This document shows positions 47,238 through 62,627 of a stretch of DNA of 64,000 bases, piece after piece. The position numbers were made by a program, and so were the translations under genes. Within the stretch, counting starts at the first letter, position 1, and each line of letters starts with the position of its first letter. This DNA comes from the human T2T-CHM13v2.0 reference genome, Homo sapiens, in the NCBI RefSeq assembly GCF_009914755.1, contig NC_060937.1, one strand, 5' to 3'. The notes under the pieces are model-generated. The model was given only the letters and a program-made list of their open reading frames with translations. It did no database searches and had not been told where the DNA came from.

Positions 47238-49398
47238 TTACCCATTGAGAAATGTTCATAGAAGTAACAAACTGCCATACTTTCCTTTAGAAAGGGCCAG
47301 TCATGAGGAAGGCTCATGAAAGTTCTTAACTTAGGAGTAGATGTAGTCAGTAGAATGGCCCACAATGCAGGATCAGAATGTGATGGTATCCGAGAATCAC
47401 CACCAGACACAGAGGGCACTCTGTCCTGAGGTCTTGCCAACACATCTCTCAAATGTGCAGCTGAGACCCTGTGTTGCCTTCTCAGTCAATCAGAAGAGAT
47501 TCAGTTGCAGCCTTTGGTGTGCTAGTTCTGGACTAAAGTTCGGGAAACTATGCATGACTACAGAAGAGATGGGGATGGGGAGACGTGTGGGGTGAGTTGC
47601 TGAAGGAGCTCTATCTAACATCTCCTTGGCTCCTGCCACCAGATTCTCCACCTTCCCCTAAAGGCTGTAACCTGCCAGGGCCCTCAAGCTGCTTTTGCTC
47701 CCATGCTTCTTTCTACTACAACTTAAAACAACATGGACTGGTAGTAGAAATTCATACAACCAACCCATAGGAGGTACTCACTACAAACAAAGAAGATATT
47801 ATGAGGAAAGGGTGGAAAGATGGGTAAGCCATGGGCCTTGCCTTTAAAGGGGAAACAGAAGTCACCACTTCAAATAGCTAGAGAACAATGCAAAGTGATA
47901 TCATCCCTAAGAGAAACACAAAGGGCTTTAGGAACTGAAAAAGCAAGAGACTACTTCAGGCTGGGAAGGGAAAGGGACTCTAGGAAAAGGGGCATGAGAA
48001 ATGGCACGAGGGAATCAAGTGTCCATGGGCTGGGAAACAGCACACAGTCTAAATGTGTTAGAGTGTGGGATGTGTGCATGCACATAGTGGAAGAAAAGGT
48101 TGGAAAAGTCAAACTGTGGATCTTGAGTGCCAGGTTGAAACATTTAGTTTATTGCTACTGGCAGTGGGGACATACTCTGGATTTTGAGCATGGAAATGGC
48201 ATGAGTAGGGCTGCACTTCAGTAAATCCACACATTCCTTTTCGCTTAGGGTCTATGACTGTTCTTTGTCTGGTTTTGTTTTTGGCTTGGGTGTGGGAGAA
48301 AAGTATCAGTGGATAAGGCTGAGTTCTTTTGCCCAAACTAAACGGGGACAGTAGTTAGTGTTCTTATAACAGGGCCAAGAGTACTTATTCAGTTCCCACC
48401 ACCTAAAGAAAAACTCATTTACAGCCACATCCAAATCTATTTGAGAATGCCCAACCCACTCTCACTTCGGTTTGAGGGGCAATATAGAAAAGGCAATATA
48501 AATGAGAAGCTGTGCACAGCATGGGCTTCAGAGTCTGACATCTAGATTTCAGTCCTTGGTTCAAAAGTTAATTTCTCTGAACCTCAATTTTCTAATTTAT
48601 AAGATGAGAATCATAGGAGTGCCTACTCATAGAGTTACTGAGAATATTAAATGAGATAGTGAATGTAAAACTCTTAGAATGGTTCAGCAAAGTCTAGAAT
48701 GTTGTAAATGCTATACGATAAACATTCTGGTTTCTGCAGTAAACAAATTACAAGCAATAAAAAATGGCAAGAAATCTATGAACTAAAAGAGACTTAGGAG
48801 ACATAGCGACCAAATGAAATGTGTGGATGTTGTTTGAATTCTGACTGAAACAAACTAAATTTTCAAAGATTTTAAGACAATTTTGGAAACAAACATGGAC
48901 TAGAAATTTGATATTAAGGATTTTTAAGGTGTAATATTTCAGATATGATAAAAGTTATTAAGGGTTTTTTGTTGTTGTTTTAAGAGTACTTAGATGTCAT
49001 ACTAAAATACTTGTGGGATAAAATGATCTGATGACTGAAATTTCCTTCCAAATAATCCAGGTTTGGGGAAAGCAAGAGTGGAGAGTGGGGTTGGGGGTGT
49101 GAGTGGAGTGGGAAAAGTATGGATGAAACGTGGCTGGCTGCAGGCTGAAATGATTGTTGCAGCGAAGCGATGACTACATGGAGATATATTGTATGATTCT
49201 CTGGACTTTTGTATATGATTAAAATTTTCCATAACAAAATTATTTTTAAAAGAAAAAATAGAGTAACAGCATATGTTTCATATAGGTGTTATGGGTTTTC
49301 AATGAGATATGTAAAAGTGCGGTACTGTCTGGTATATAAAAGGGTTTTTGAAAAGTTTATTTCCCCTTTTCTTTCTCTTTTAAAATACACCTCCCCCA

Positions 49399-49399
49399 C

Positions 49400-49452
<53 letters not shown>
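49399..49452. repeat. (CA)n microsatellite
   Basis: Direct reading; source of the THTHTH ORF. Confidence 0.95.
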
Positions 49453-49454
<2 letters not shown>

Positions 49455-49883
49455 GAGTCACCCAAAAACAGTCTTTGTGATGTTCTGCAAGGGTTGAATT
49501 GCCCTAATAAGGATCTGTGAAAGACTTAGATCTTTTTTACATTGAAATCAAAGGCTGGTGATTTTAGATAAACTTCAGGGTCCTGGAGCCTTAGGTATTG
49601 GACTTTCCTGCTTTGGGAAAATAATCAACTCCTGAGCTCCGTAAACAATAACCAGTATAGAATAGAAAACAGGATGCTCTGAGGAGAAGCCAGACCCCCC
49701 AACGTGTGGGTGGCACCTGAAGCATGACCCTTAGCATCAGGGAGGGACCAAGGCCTGTCGCAGGGTGCCCTAATGCTGCTGACTGATCACCAAAGGAGAA
49801 GAGTCTAAAATGAAACCAAATAACAGATGGCAATCTTAACCCACTCCCCTACAAAAGCTCCCTTTCTTAAAACGAAAACTTAC

Positions 49884-49964
49884 CTGAGAAGGAGTTTCTA
49901 CTCCCTGATATTTAGTGCCATTGGTTTTATCTGTTCGCCGTTCTCCAAAATAGTACAATCTTTC
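49884..49964 (-). pseudogene. TPTE2P2: TPTE2-like exon [27 protein letters not shown]
   Basis: tttttgtag|GAA ... CAG|GTAAGT; 81 nt, open. Confidence 0.92.
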
Positions 49965-50060
49965 CTACAAAAAAGGAACCATGGTTCATCTGCACTCTTT
50001 CCTTTTCTATATTAGGTACCTTAGTCTTTCTAAAACCACCTTCTTTCCTAAAGTCAGTGA

Positions 50061-50354
50061 TTTTTTTTTTTTTTATGGAGTCTCGCTCTGTCACGCACAC
50101 TGGAGTGCAGTGGCAGAATCTCACCTCACTGCAACCTCTGCCTCGCGAGTTCAAGCGATTATCTTGCCTCAGCATCCTGAGTAGCTGAGACTACAGGCGT
50201 GTACCACCACACCTGGCTAATTTTTTGTATTTTTAGTAGAGATGGGGGCTTTGCCATGTTGGCCAGGCTGGTCTCGAACTCCTGACTCAAGAGATCCGCC
50301 TGCCTTAGCCTCCCAAAGTGCTGAGATTACAAGCATGAGCCACCGCGCCTAGCC
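50061..50354 (-). mobile_element. AluS
   Basis: Alu consensus match. Confidence 0.9.
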
Positions 50355-50570
50355 GCAGTGGTCTTTTGGCAAAGGCTACCCAAATTACCAAAATTAACAA
50401 AGTCACATCAAAGACTTCTCTCATTCAAGGTTTCATAAAGACATAAAAGTTTAGAGCTGGAAAGACCTTAGAAATCATCTGGTCCAACCCTTCTTTCCAT
50501 CTTACAAATGAGAAGACTGAGACCAAAAGAAAACTACACAATCTGCCATGGAGATGCTGCAGCCAGTTAG

Positions 50571-51086
<516 letters not shown>

Positions 51087-52038
51087 TAAGAGATGTTAGT
51101 CACAACCCAGTAACTTTATTTTACAACTCACTGATACATCATGATCCATAGCTTGAAAAACACCATCCTAGAACATCCATTTTCAAAATCTGTGTGTCTC
51201 AAATTAGAAAAACCAAAGGTGGTGGAATTAGAGTGCTGGGCATTGTGCAGAACCACCACTTCTTCCCTAGACTGTAGGCCAAACAACTCAAGCGGAGCTG
51301 CTGGAAATGGTAGCATCTCAGCAAGAAAATGGCAGAAAGAAAAATGACTGAGAACACTGCTGTAGGTGGAAACAGCCCACCTTGTCTTATCAGAAATTTC
51401 TAGAGGCCACAGACTCCACATGTGTTGACTAAGCAGAGGTATTTACATGCAGGAGAGGCTTTGAGTTGTGAAATGTTGCCTTTTATCTACCTAAGAGGTG
51501 TGAGGATGGCCAAGGCCCTTTGGAAAATTTATCTAATTAAGCTTGATACTATTCTCATGAGGAAGGAAGAACAGCAGGGCCAGGTGAGGTGAGGGAACCA
51601 TTGCGATTACTGAATGTTTTTTGTATCTGTGTAACATGGCTTTACTCCCCTCACCTTAATCCTGCCCCATCAGGTCTTGTCATTATTTAAAATGTTAATA
51701 TTGTATACCTCATGGTTTTTTTGCATTAATTTTTATTTTTTAAATATTGCATGAAAAATCATTTATTTTAATTATTGCAATTTTTAGCATTCTCTTAAAT
51801 TCTGCGCCTCATTTGACCTCACTCTAGTCCTGGCCCAAAGAGATTCTTAAGCCAGCTACTAACCAGTGCATGTTAAACAAGGAAGTATCAAAAACAGACT
51901 TTTTAACAACCGCTTCTCCAATTACAATTTCACTAAGCACCATGACTAAAATAATCATCTTAACATCCTACCAGTGATGTTTCAGAACTAGCAAACTCAG
52001 TCATCCTAAGACAAAGTTTGTAGTAACATCTTTCATAC

Positions 52039-52100
52039 CTCTGCAGTTAAAAATATTTCACTGGCAATCAGGCAGGCACAAACCATAGTTCCGGTTCTTC
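52039..52100 (-). pseudogene. TPTE2P2: TPTE2-like exon (G)RTGTMVCACLIASEIFLTAE, containing the Arg of the CX5R loop
   Basis: ttttctag|GAAGA ... GAG|GTATGA; 62 nt, open. Confidence 0.92.
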
Positions 52101-52611
52101 CTAGAAAAGAAAAGTTAGTTCAAGGAACATGCTTGGTATAAAAATACACTCAGAAATATTCCAGGAGTTCATTTTAAGTTGATTTTCTTTCTTTTTTTTT
52201 GGGACAGTCTCGCTGTGTCACCCAGGCTGCAGTGCACTGGCACGATCTCAGCTCACTGCAACCTCTGCCCCACAGGTGGAAAATAAATTACATTTACGGT
52301 AAAAATATTTCTCACTACCTCTCCACGAAAGAACAAGATGAGGTTTTTACTAAATCTATTCGAAAGCAATAATTCATGTCTTATATAAATTCCTTTGGGT
52401 AACAGTAAGAAAGAAAAATTCCCAACTCATTTAGTAACACTAATATAGCTGGTTCCAAAACTGCATAAATACAGTAGACGATTACTTTATACCAGTCTGA
52501 CATATAAATGTAGATATAAAAATATATATATTTTTTCAAAGTGAATTCAGCAGTGTAGAAATACCACGTATCAATACCAAGTGCCATTTCTCTTAAGAAT
52601 GCAAGGATTTT

Positions 52612-55600
52612 TTTCCAAGACGGCAGATTACAGGCTTTTAGCATGCCTCAGCCATTTGGAAATAGCAAGATAGTACATAAAGATCAACTCTGTGAACTTT
52701 AATTCAAGAAAGAAAACGACAACTCCCTGGAATTATGAAGGACACCCCAGATCCTTGGGAGGACAACGCAGGCAAACAGCTCTTGTGACAACATTCGACT
52801 GATAAAAGCGAGTGAAGCCTCAGTATGTGAGAGAGGCAGACAGCATCCCTCTGTCTTACCTTTCCACTGGGGATCCAAGCAACCCGGACCGAGGAAGGGC
52901 ACTGTTTCTCCCAAGTCCTGGAGCTAATTTAACGAGAGACTTGGAGACTTTGTGAGGAAAAGACACAAGGAAAAGCTGCAGGCATTTTCCCAAACCTGGA
53001 CTGAGAGCAGGACAACACTGGGGAACCTTCCCCATCTGGCTCCACCCATCTTCCTCCCACACCCCCACCTAACTCCCGTTCCCCTAGGGTTTAGGAGGGA
53101 GCTCAGATTAATGTGTACTCCAGGAATCAGCTCATTGCCTAAGGCAACAGAGAGCTCTTCCCAATAAACAAACAGCAAGTATATAGCCAGCACCACTGGC
53201 CACAGCCAGCTCTTACCCATTGGCGCCATCTACTGGCTTGTAGGTCAAACCACATACCCAATATAAAACCTGCTGATAGAAGTGCATATAGAGGCAAGGC
53301 CAAAAGACCTACCTAGCATTGCTCTAAAGTCACATCACCTAAGGAGGAGGGAAAGGGAAAGCATAATAATAATAATAATGATATAGGAAAGAAAAGATAA
53401 AGAAAAAATCCTACCCACATAAAAACAGTTACAAAAATTAGAAGTGCTAGCATCTCCAGATGAGAAGAACCAGTACAAGAATTCTGGCACCATGAAAAAC
53501 CTGCATGTAGTGATACCACCAAAGGATCACACTAGATCTCTGGCAATGCTTTCTACCAAAATGAAAACTCAGAAATGACAATAAAGAATTCAAAGCATGG
53601 ATTCCAAGGAAGCTCAATGAGATTCAAGGTTGAAATCAACAAAAGGAAACTTCTAAATCAATTCAGCAAATGAAGGAAGAGATAAACATCTTAAAAAGAA
53701 ATCAATCAGAACTTCTGGAATTAAAAAAACTCACTTAAGGAATTTCAAAATACAATGGAAAGATTTATCAATAAACTGGACCAAGCAGAGGACATAATTT
53801 CAGAGCCTGAAGACTGGTCTTTTGAACTAATGCAGTCAGACAAAAATAAAGAAAAACTATTTTTAAAAAGTGAGGAACGTCTTTGAGAAATAGGTTATGT
53901 GAAGTGACCAAACCTACAAATTACTGGCATTCCCTAGAGACAAGGAGAAAAAGAAAACAACCTGGAAAACATATTTGATGCAATCATTCAAGAAAATTTC
54001 CTGAATCTTGCTAGAAAGGTAGACATCTAGATACAATAAAGCCAGAGAACACCTGCGAGATACTATAAAAAAGTGGACATTACCAAGGCATATACCAAAC
54101 AGTCCAAGGTCAACGTTAAAGAAAAAATCCTAAGGCCAGATCACATACAAAAGGAGCCCTATCAGGATAACAGCAGACGTCTCAGCAGAAACCTTAAAAA
54201 TCAGGAGAGATTGGGAAGGTGTATTTTCAGAATTCTTAAAGAAAATAAATTCTAATCAAGAGCATCCTGCCAAACTAAGCTTCATGAGCGAAGGACAAAT
54301 AAAGATCTTTTTTTCCAGAGAAGCAAGTGCCATGAGAATTCATTAAAACTAGACCAGTCTTACAAGAGATCCCTAAGGGAGTTCTAAACATGGAAATAAA
54401 AGAATGATACCTGCTACCATAAAAGCACACTTAAGTACACAGCTCACAGAGCCTATAAAACAACAATACAACAGAAAGTATAAAGCAACCACCTAACAAT
54501 GTCATGATAGGGTGAAAAGCTCACGTCAATATTAACCTTGAATGTAAATAGTCTAAACACACCACGTAAAAGTCACAGAGTGGCAAGTTGGATAAAAAAA
54601 CAAAACCCATCTGTCTGCTGTCTTCAAGACACCATCTCACATGTAACAACACCAACAGGTTCAACGTAAAGGGTTGGAGAAAGATCTCTCACACAAACAA
54701 AACACCAAAAAGAGCAGGGATCACTATTCCTAAAACAGATAAAACAGGCTTTAAACCAGCAATAGTAAAAAAGGACAAAGAAGGGCATTACATAATGATA
54801 AGGGGTTCAATTCAACAAGAAGCCTTAACAATCCTAAATATATATGCACCCAACATTGGATCACCCAGGTTAATAAAACAGGTACTTCTAGACCTATGAA
54901 AAGACTCAGCCACATAATAATAGTCAGGAGACTTTAACACCCCACTGACAGCATTAGACAGATCATTCAGATAGAACACTAACAGAGGAATTACGGACGT
55001 AAATTCAACACTTGACCAACTGGATGTAATAGGCACCTAAAGAACACTCCATGCATCAACCACAGAATATACATTCTTCTCATTTGCACAGCGAATGTAT
55101 TCCAAGATCAACCATATGTTCCACCATGAAGCAAGCCTCAATAAATTCAAAAAATGTTGAAATCATACCAACCATTTTTTTTGGACCACAGTTGAATAAA
55201 AATATAAATCAATATCAAGAAGATCTCTAAAAACCAAACAATTTCATGGAAATGAAACAACTTGCTCCTGAATGACTTTTAAGCAAATGATAAAATTAAG
55301 GTAGATATCAAAAAATTCTTTGAAATAAATGAAAACAGAAACACAACATACCAGAATCTCTGGGATGCAGCAAAAGCAGTGTTAATAGGAAAGTTTATGG
55401 TGCTAAATGTGTACCTCAAAAAGCTAGTAAAATCTCAAATTAATAATGTAACATTACACCGAGAGAAATCAGAAAAACAAGAACCCCAAACCTAGCAGAA
55501 GAAAAACAATAACTAAAATCAGAGCAAAACTAAACAAAATTGAGACCCCAAAATTAAAACAGAGATTCAAAGAAACCAAGTCATTTCTTTGAAAACATAA

Positions 55601-58490
55601 ACAAAATTGATAGACTGCTAGCTAGATTAACAAAGAAAAAGAAAGAAGATCCGGATAAGCACAATCAGAAATCACAAAGACGACATCACAACCAATCCCA
55701 CAGAAATACAAAAGGTCCTCAGAGACTATTATGAACACCTCTATGCACACACACTAGATAATGTAGAGGAAATGAATACATTCCTGGCAACACAGAACTT
55801 CCCAAGATTGAATCAGAAAGAAATTGAAACCCTCACCAGACCAGTATCAAGCTCCAAAATTGAATCCATAAGTTAAAACCCGCCAACCAAAAAAGTCTTA
55901 AATCAGATGTATTCACAGATGAATTATATCAAATATACAAAGAAGAACTGGTACCAGTTCTACTGAAACTATTCCAAAAACTCCAGGAGGGATTCTTCCC
56001 TAATTCATTCTATGAAGCCAGCATCACCCTGAAACCAAAACCTGGCAAACACACAATTAAAAAAAAAAAAAAAGAAAACTAAAGGCTAATCTCAATGATG
56101 AAGATAGGCACAAAAATCGTTAACAAAATACCAGCAAACTGAATCCAACAGCACATCAAAAAGTTAATTCACCATGGTCAAGTAGGCTTCATTCCAAGGA
56201 TGCAAGGTTCTGCATATGCAAATCAATAAATGTGATTCACCACACAGAAACCATATGAACATCTCAATAGATGCAAAAAAAAACTTTTGATAAAATTCAA
56301 CATCCTTCTTGACAATAAACACTCAAGAAACTAGGCATTAAAGGAATACACTTCAAAACAGAGCCTTCTATTATGAACCCACAGCCAACATTATAACAGG
56401 CAAAAGCTGGACGCTTCTCCTTGTCAACTGGGACAAGACAAGGATGCCTAATCTCACCACTCCTATTTCACATAGTAGTAAAAGTCTTTGCCATAGCAAT
56501 CAGGCAAAAGAAAGAAAAAAATGGCATCCAAATAGGAAAATAAAAAGTCAAACTATCTCTCTTCATCAACGATATGATTCTATATCTTCAAAATCCAAAA
56601 GACTCCACCAAAAGGCACTTGAAACTGATACATTACTTCAGTAAAGTTTTAGGATACAGAATCAATGTACAAAAATCAGTAGCATTTCTATACACCAATA
56701 ATGTCCAAGCTGACAGCCAAATCAAGGACATAATCCCCTTTACAGTAGCCACACAAAAAATAAAATACTTAGGAATACAGCTAACCGAGGAGGTGAATGA
56801 TCTCTACAAGGAGAACTGCAAACCACTGCTGAAAGAAATCATAGATGACACAAACAAATGGAAAAACATTCCATGCTAATGGACTGGAAGAATCAATATC
56901 ATTAAAATGGCCATGCTACCAAAAGCAATATACAGAATCAACATTTTTCCAATCAAGCTACTAACATCATTTTTCACAGAACTAGAAAAATCTAATTCAC
57001 ATGGAACCAAAAAAGAGCCGGAATAGCCAAAGCAATCCTAAGCAAAAAGAACAAAGCCAGAAGCATCACATTACCCAACTTCACACTACGCCATAAGGCT
57101 ATAGAAACCAAAAGAGCATGGTACTGGCAGGAAAAAAAAATTGATCAAAGGAAGAGAATAAAGAACTCAGAAATAAAGCCAAACACAGAAAGCCATCTGA
57201 TCTTTGACAAAGTCAACAAAAATAAGCAATAAGGAAATGACTTCCTATTCAATAAATGGTGCTAGGATATTGGGCTAGCAATATGCAAAAGAATGATCTG
57301 GACCTATACCTTTCACCATACACAAAAATTAACTAAAGATAGAAAGACCTCAAACTATAAGAATACTAGGAGAAAACCTAGAAAACAGCATTCTGGACGC
57401 TGACCTTGGGGAAGAATTTATGACTAAGCTTTCAAAAGCAATTGCCACAAAAAACTGACAAGTGGGACCTAATTAAACTGTAGAGCTTCTGCACAGCAAA
57501 GAACCTATCAACAGAGTAAACAGACAACCTATAGAATGGGTGAAAATATTTGCAAACTATGCATCTCACAAAGGTTTAATATTCAGAATCTATAAGAAAC
57601 TCAACAATTAAACAAGCAAAAAAAACAAATAACCCCATTAAAAATGGGCAAAAGATATAAACATACACTTCTTAAAAGAAGACATACCAGTGGCCAACAA
57701 ACATGAAAAATGCTCCACATCACTAATCATCCGAGAAATGCAAATCAAAACCACAACATGATTACATCTCATACCAGTCGGAATGGCTATTATTAAAGAG
57801 TCAAAAAACAACAGATGCTGACAAGGCTGCAGAGTATACACATATACACTGCTAATGGGAATGTAAATTAGTTCAGCTACCTGGAAAGCAGTTTGGAGAT
57901 TTCTCAAAAACTTAGAACTACCATTTGACATTGCAATCCTATTACTGCGTATGCATCCAAAAGAAAGTAAGTTGTTCTAACAAAAAGACACAGGCCCTGG
58001 CATGCTCTTCTCAGCACTACTGACAACAGGAAAGACACAGAATCAACCTAGGTGCCCATCAGTGGTGGACTGGCTTAAGAATATGTGGTACATACACACC
58101 ATGGAATACTACACATTCATAAAAAAATAATATCATGTCCTTTGCAGCATCATGGATGCAGCTGGAAGTCATTATCCTAAGCAAATTAATGCAGGAACAG
58201 AAAACCAAATACCATATGTTCTCACTTATAAGTGAAAGCTAAACAATAGATGCTCATGGATATCAAGGTGGCAATAATGGACACTGGAATTCTAGAGGGG
58301 GCACAGCAGAAGGGGACACAGGTTGAAAAACTATTGGGTCCTATGCTCAGTACCTGGGTGATGGGATCAATCATACCCCACACCTCGGTATCACACAATA
58401 TACCCAGGTAATAAACCTACACATGTACTTCCAAATCTAAAATCAAAGTGGAAATTATACCAAAAAACTAAGCTCAAAAAAAAAAAAATT
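52612..58490 (+). mobile_element. Near full-length, decayed older primate L1 (about L1PA13-16/L1PREC2-type)
   Basis: 5' UTR-like start, degenerate ORF1 (about 53460-54410), degenerate ORF2 (KDKEGHYIMIRGSIQQE; KYLGIQLT), 3' UTR and A tail. The subfamily is by eye. Confidence 0.88.
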
Positions 58491-58535
58491 TCTTTGCCCA
58501 TTAAAAAAACAAATAAAAATACAAGAATCATCCTA

Positions 58536-58844
<309 letters not shown>

Positions 58845-59521
58845 TCAGAAATCTATATTAATGTAATTTATCATATTCACAGATTAAAGTAGACATACCT
58901 TGCAATTATGTCAATTAATGCAGAGAAAGCATTAACTAAAATTCAACCTACAACTGTGACTTTAAAAATTAATAAAAACTAGGACACTTCTTTAACTCAA
59001 CAAAGGGAATCTACCAAAACACCTACCAGGAACATCATATTAATGATGTAATATTGATAGCATTTTCTTTAAAGCCTGGAATTAAGCAAAAATGCCCTCT
59101 GTTCACTGCTTCCATTTAACAATGTACTGCAGAGCCTAGCCAGTGTAGTAAGTCCGTGTAGTCAGTAAATCTATAGAATAACTCATTAATCTAACAAGAG
59201 AGTTGAGAGAGTTTAGGAAGATTTCTAGATGCAGGCTCAACATAAACAAAAATTAATAGCTAAATCAAGGATTCAGGTTGAAATCTTTACAGTAATTACT
59301 AAAAAAATAGAAAAGGAGTATATAACTTCCAAGGTAATGGGAGAGAGTGAGAAGGAAAAAATTATCAAAATTCAATCAAACCAAAACACAAGTCAGTAAG
59401 AATATAGAAGAGTTAAATAAATTAACAAATGCACGTACATAGAACATTGTTCTCAACAATGCATAATACGTGTTCTTTTCAAGTGTACAGAAAACATTTA
59501 ACAATATCAACCAAATTCTAG

Positions 59522-59905
<384 letters not shown>

Positions 59906-60287
59906 TTCACAAATAAAAAACTTAAAGATAAATGCAAAAGTCTCCTATGTTTGCAAATAAGGAAGTATACTTCTACACAACTCACGGGTCAAAAAAAAAA
60001 AAAACCACCAAGCACAGTGAAAATTGGAAAATAATTTGAACCCAATAAAATGAAAATATTACATATGAAAACTTGTGGGACGAAGCTAAAGCAACTCTTA
60101 GAAGAAAATGTATAGCCTTAAATGCTAAACAGAAAACAGAGTGGTCGACACTCTAAGAATTATTCATCTCAAGAAGTCAGGAAAAGAACAAATTAACCCA
60201 TGGAATACAAAAGAAAATACTAAATATAATACTAATTCATGAAATAAAAAGTAAATAATAGAGTCCATTAGTAAGCCCAAAAATTTG

Positions 60288-60605
<318 letters not shown>

Positions 60606-61362
60606 ACATTTGTTACTTTTAAAAGACTAGTAAAATTGATAATTCCCTGGTGAGACTAATCAAAAGAAACAAAGGGAGAAGGCACCAAGAAAATAATGTA
60701 AGGAATAAAAAGGGAATGCCCCTGTAGACATTAAAATGGTAAAGTGATATTGTGAATAATCTGATGCCAAGACATTCGCAAACTTAGATTAAATGGACAA
60801 ATGCTGGGAAAACAATAACCTACCAAAACAGGCTAAGGAAATAAAATTAGAGAGAATTCTATATACGAAACTGAGCGATAATTTAAAAACTTCTCCCCAG
60901 AGAAAACTCTAGACAAATGTAGCTTCACAGGTGAATTTCATCGTACACTTAAAAAGAAAAAAAAAACCAGCACGCATAAATTCATCGAGGGAATAAAAAA
61001 AGAGAAAATGAAATCTAACTCATTTTATGAAGCCAAGATTTGAAAAAACTATGAGAAAGGAAAATTACAACCAATCACACTGATGACATGAATTTGAAAA
61101 TCCTCAACAAATATTAACAAATAGAATCCAGGAATTTAATTTAAAAAGTTTAATAATTATTTAATAAAATAGTATACCACAACTCAATCACATTTATTCC
61201 AGAAATATGTTGGTTTACCACTTAATCAATCATGTAATTAGCCACATTTATTTATAAGATAAAGGGGAAAAATTATCATCTCAAAGATTCAGAAAAATCT
61301 GGAAAAATTCAACATCCATTCATGATTAAAAAAAAAACTCTCTCAGCAAACTAAAGACATTG

Positions 61363-61665
61363 TTTTTTCTTTTTTCTTTCTTTTTTTTTTTTTTTGTTGA
61401 GCCAATGTCTCGCTCTGTCACCTAGGCTGGAGAGCAGTGGTGTGATATTGGCTCACTGCAATCTCTGCATCCTGAGTTCAAGCAATTCTCGTGCCTCAGC
61501 CTCTGGAGTAGATGGTATTACAGGCATGCACCACCACACCTGGTTAATTTTTTATTTTTTAGTAGAGATGGGGTTTCATCATGTTGCCCAGGCTGGTCTG
61601 AAATGATGTGCCCCACTGGGCCCCGCAAAGTGCTGGGATTACAGGCGAAAGCCATGGCGCCTGGC
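61363..61665 (-). mobile_element. Alu (J/S)
   Basis: Alu consensus match; (CA)n follows at about 61698-61728. Confidence 0.85.
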
Positions 61666-61695
61666 TAAGGAATTTCTTCATCTGATAAATGGTAG

Positions 61696-61731
<36 letters not shown>

Positions 61732-61964
61732 CGTAAAGCAATTGGAGAGACACTGAAAGCTTTTCCTTTGAGAATAGAAGTGTACACTGATGGCTGCTGT
61801 TGCCACTTCTAATTCAACACTGTACTGAAGGTTCTAGCCAGTGCTAGGGAGAAAAATGACTGAAAAGGAAAAAATACAATGTATTATTTTCACATGATAT
61901 AACTGTGTACTATAAAATCCAAAAGAATCTATAGATAATTTAGTAGAACTAATAAGTGAGTTTA

Positions 61965-62280
61965 GGCTGGGCACAATGGCTCAGGTCTGTAATCCTAGCA
62001 TTTTAGGAGGCAGAGGCTGAGGCTGGCAGATCACTTGAGCCCAGGAGTTTGAGACCAATCTGGGGCAACATGGCAAAACCCCGTTTCTACAAAAAAATAA
62101 AAAAATTAGCTGGGCATGGTGGCACCTGCCTGCAGTCCTAGCTACTCGGGAGGCTGATGTGGGAGGGATTCCCTGAGCCCAGGGAGGTTGAAGCTGCAGT
62201 GAGCCATGATCGCATCACTGCACTCCCGCCTGGGTGACAATGAAACCCTATCTCAAAACACACAAACAAACAAAAAAAAA
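61965..62280 (+). mobile_element. AluJ
   Basis: TSD aagtgagtttag. Confidence 0.88.
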
Positions 62281-62627
62281 GTGAGTTTAGTCAAGTTGCT
62301 AATTACAAGATTAATGAATAAAATGAACTGCATTTAAATCAACAACATTTAGAAAATAAACATTTTAAAGGGATATCATTTAAATAACCACAAAATATCA
62401 AATATCTAGGAATAAATCTCATCAAAAATATGCAAGCTTTCTACACAGAAAATGAGAAAACATTGTAAAGAGAAATGGAAGGAAACCTAACTGAATGAGA
62501 GAACATCTCTCTTCATGGGTTGGATGGGTCAATATTGTAAAGATTCAATTCTCCCCAATCTATAGATTCAACACAATTCCAAACAAATTTCTATCAGGTG
62601 TGTGTATTTGACCAGCTGACTCCCCAA

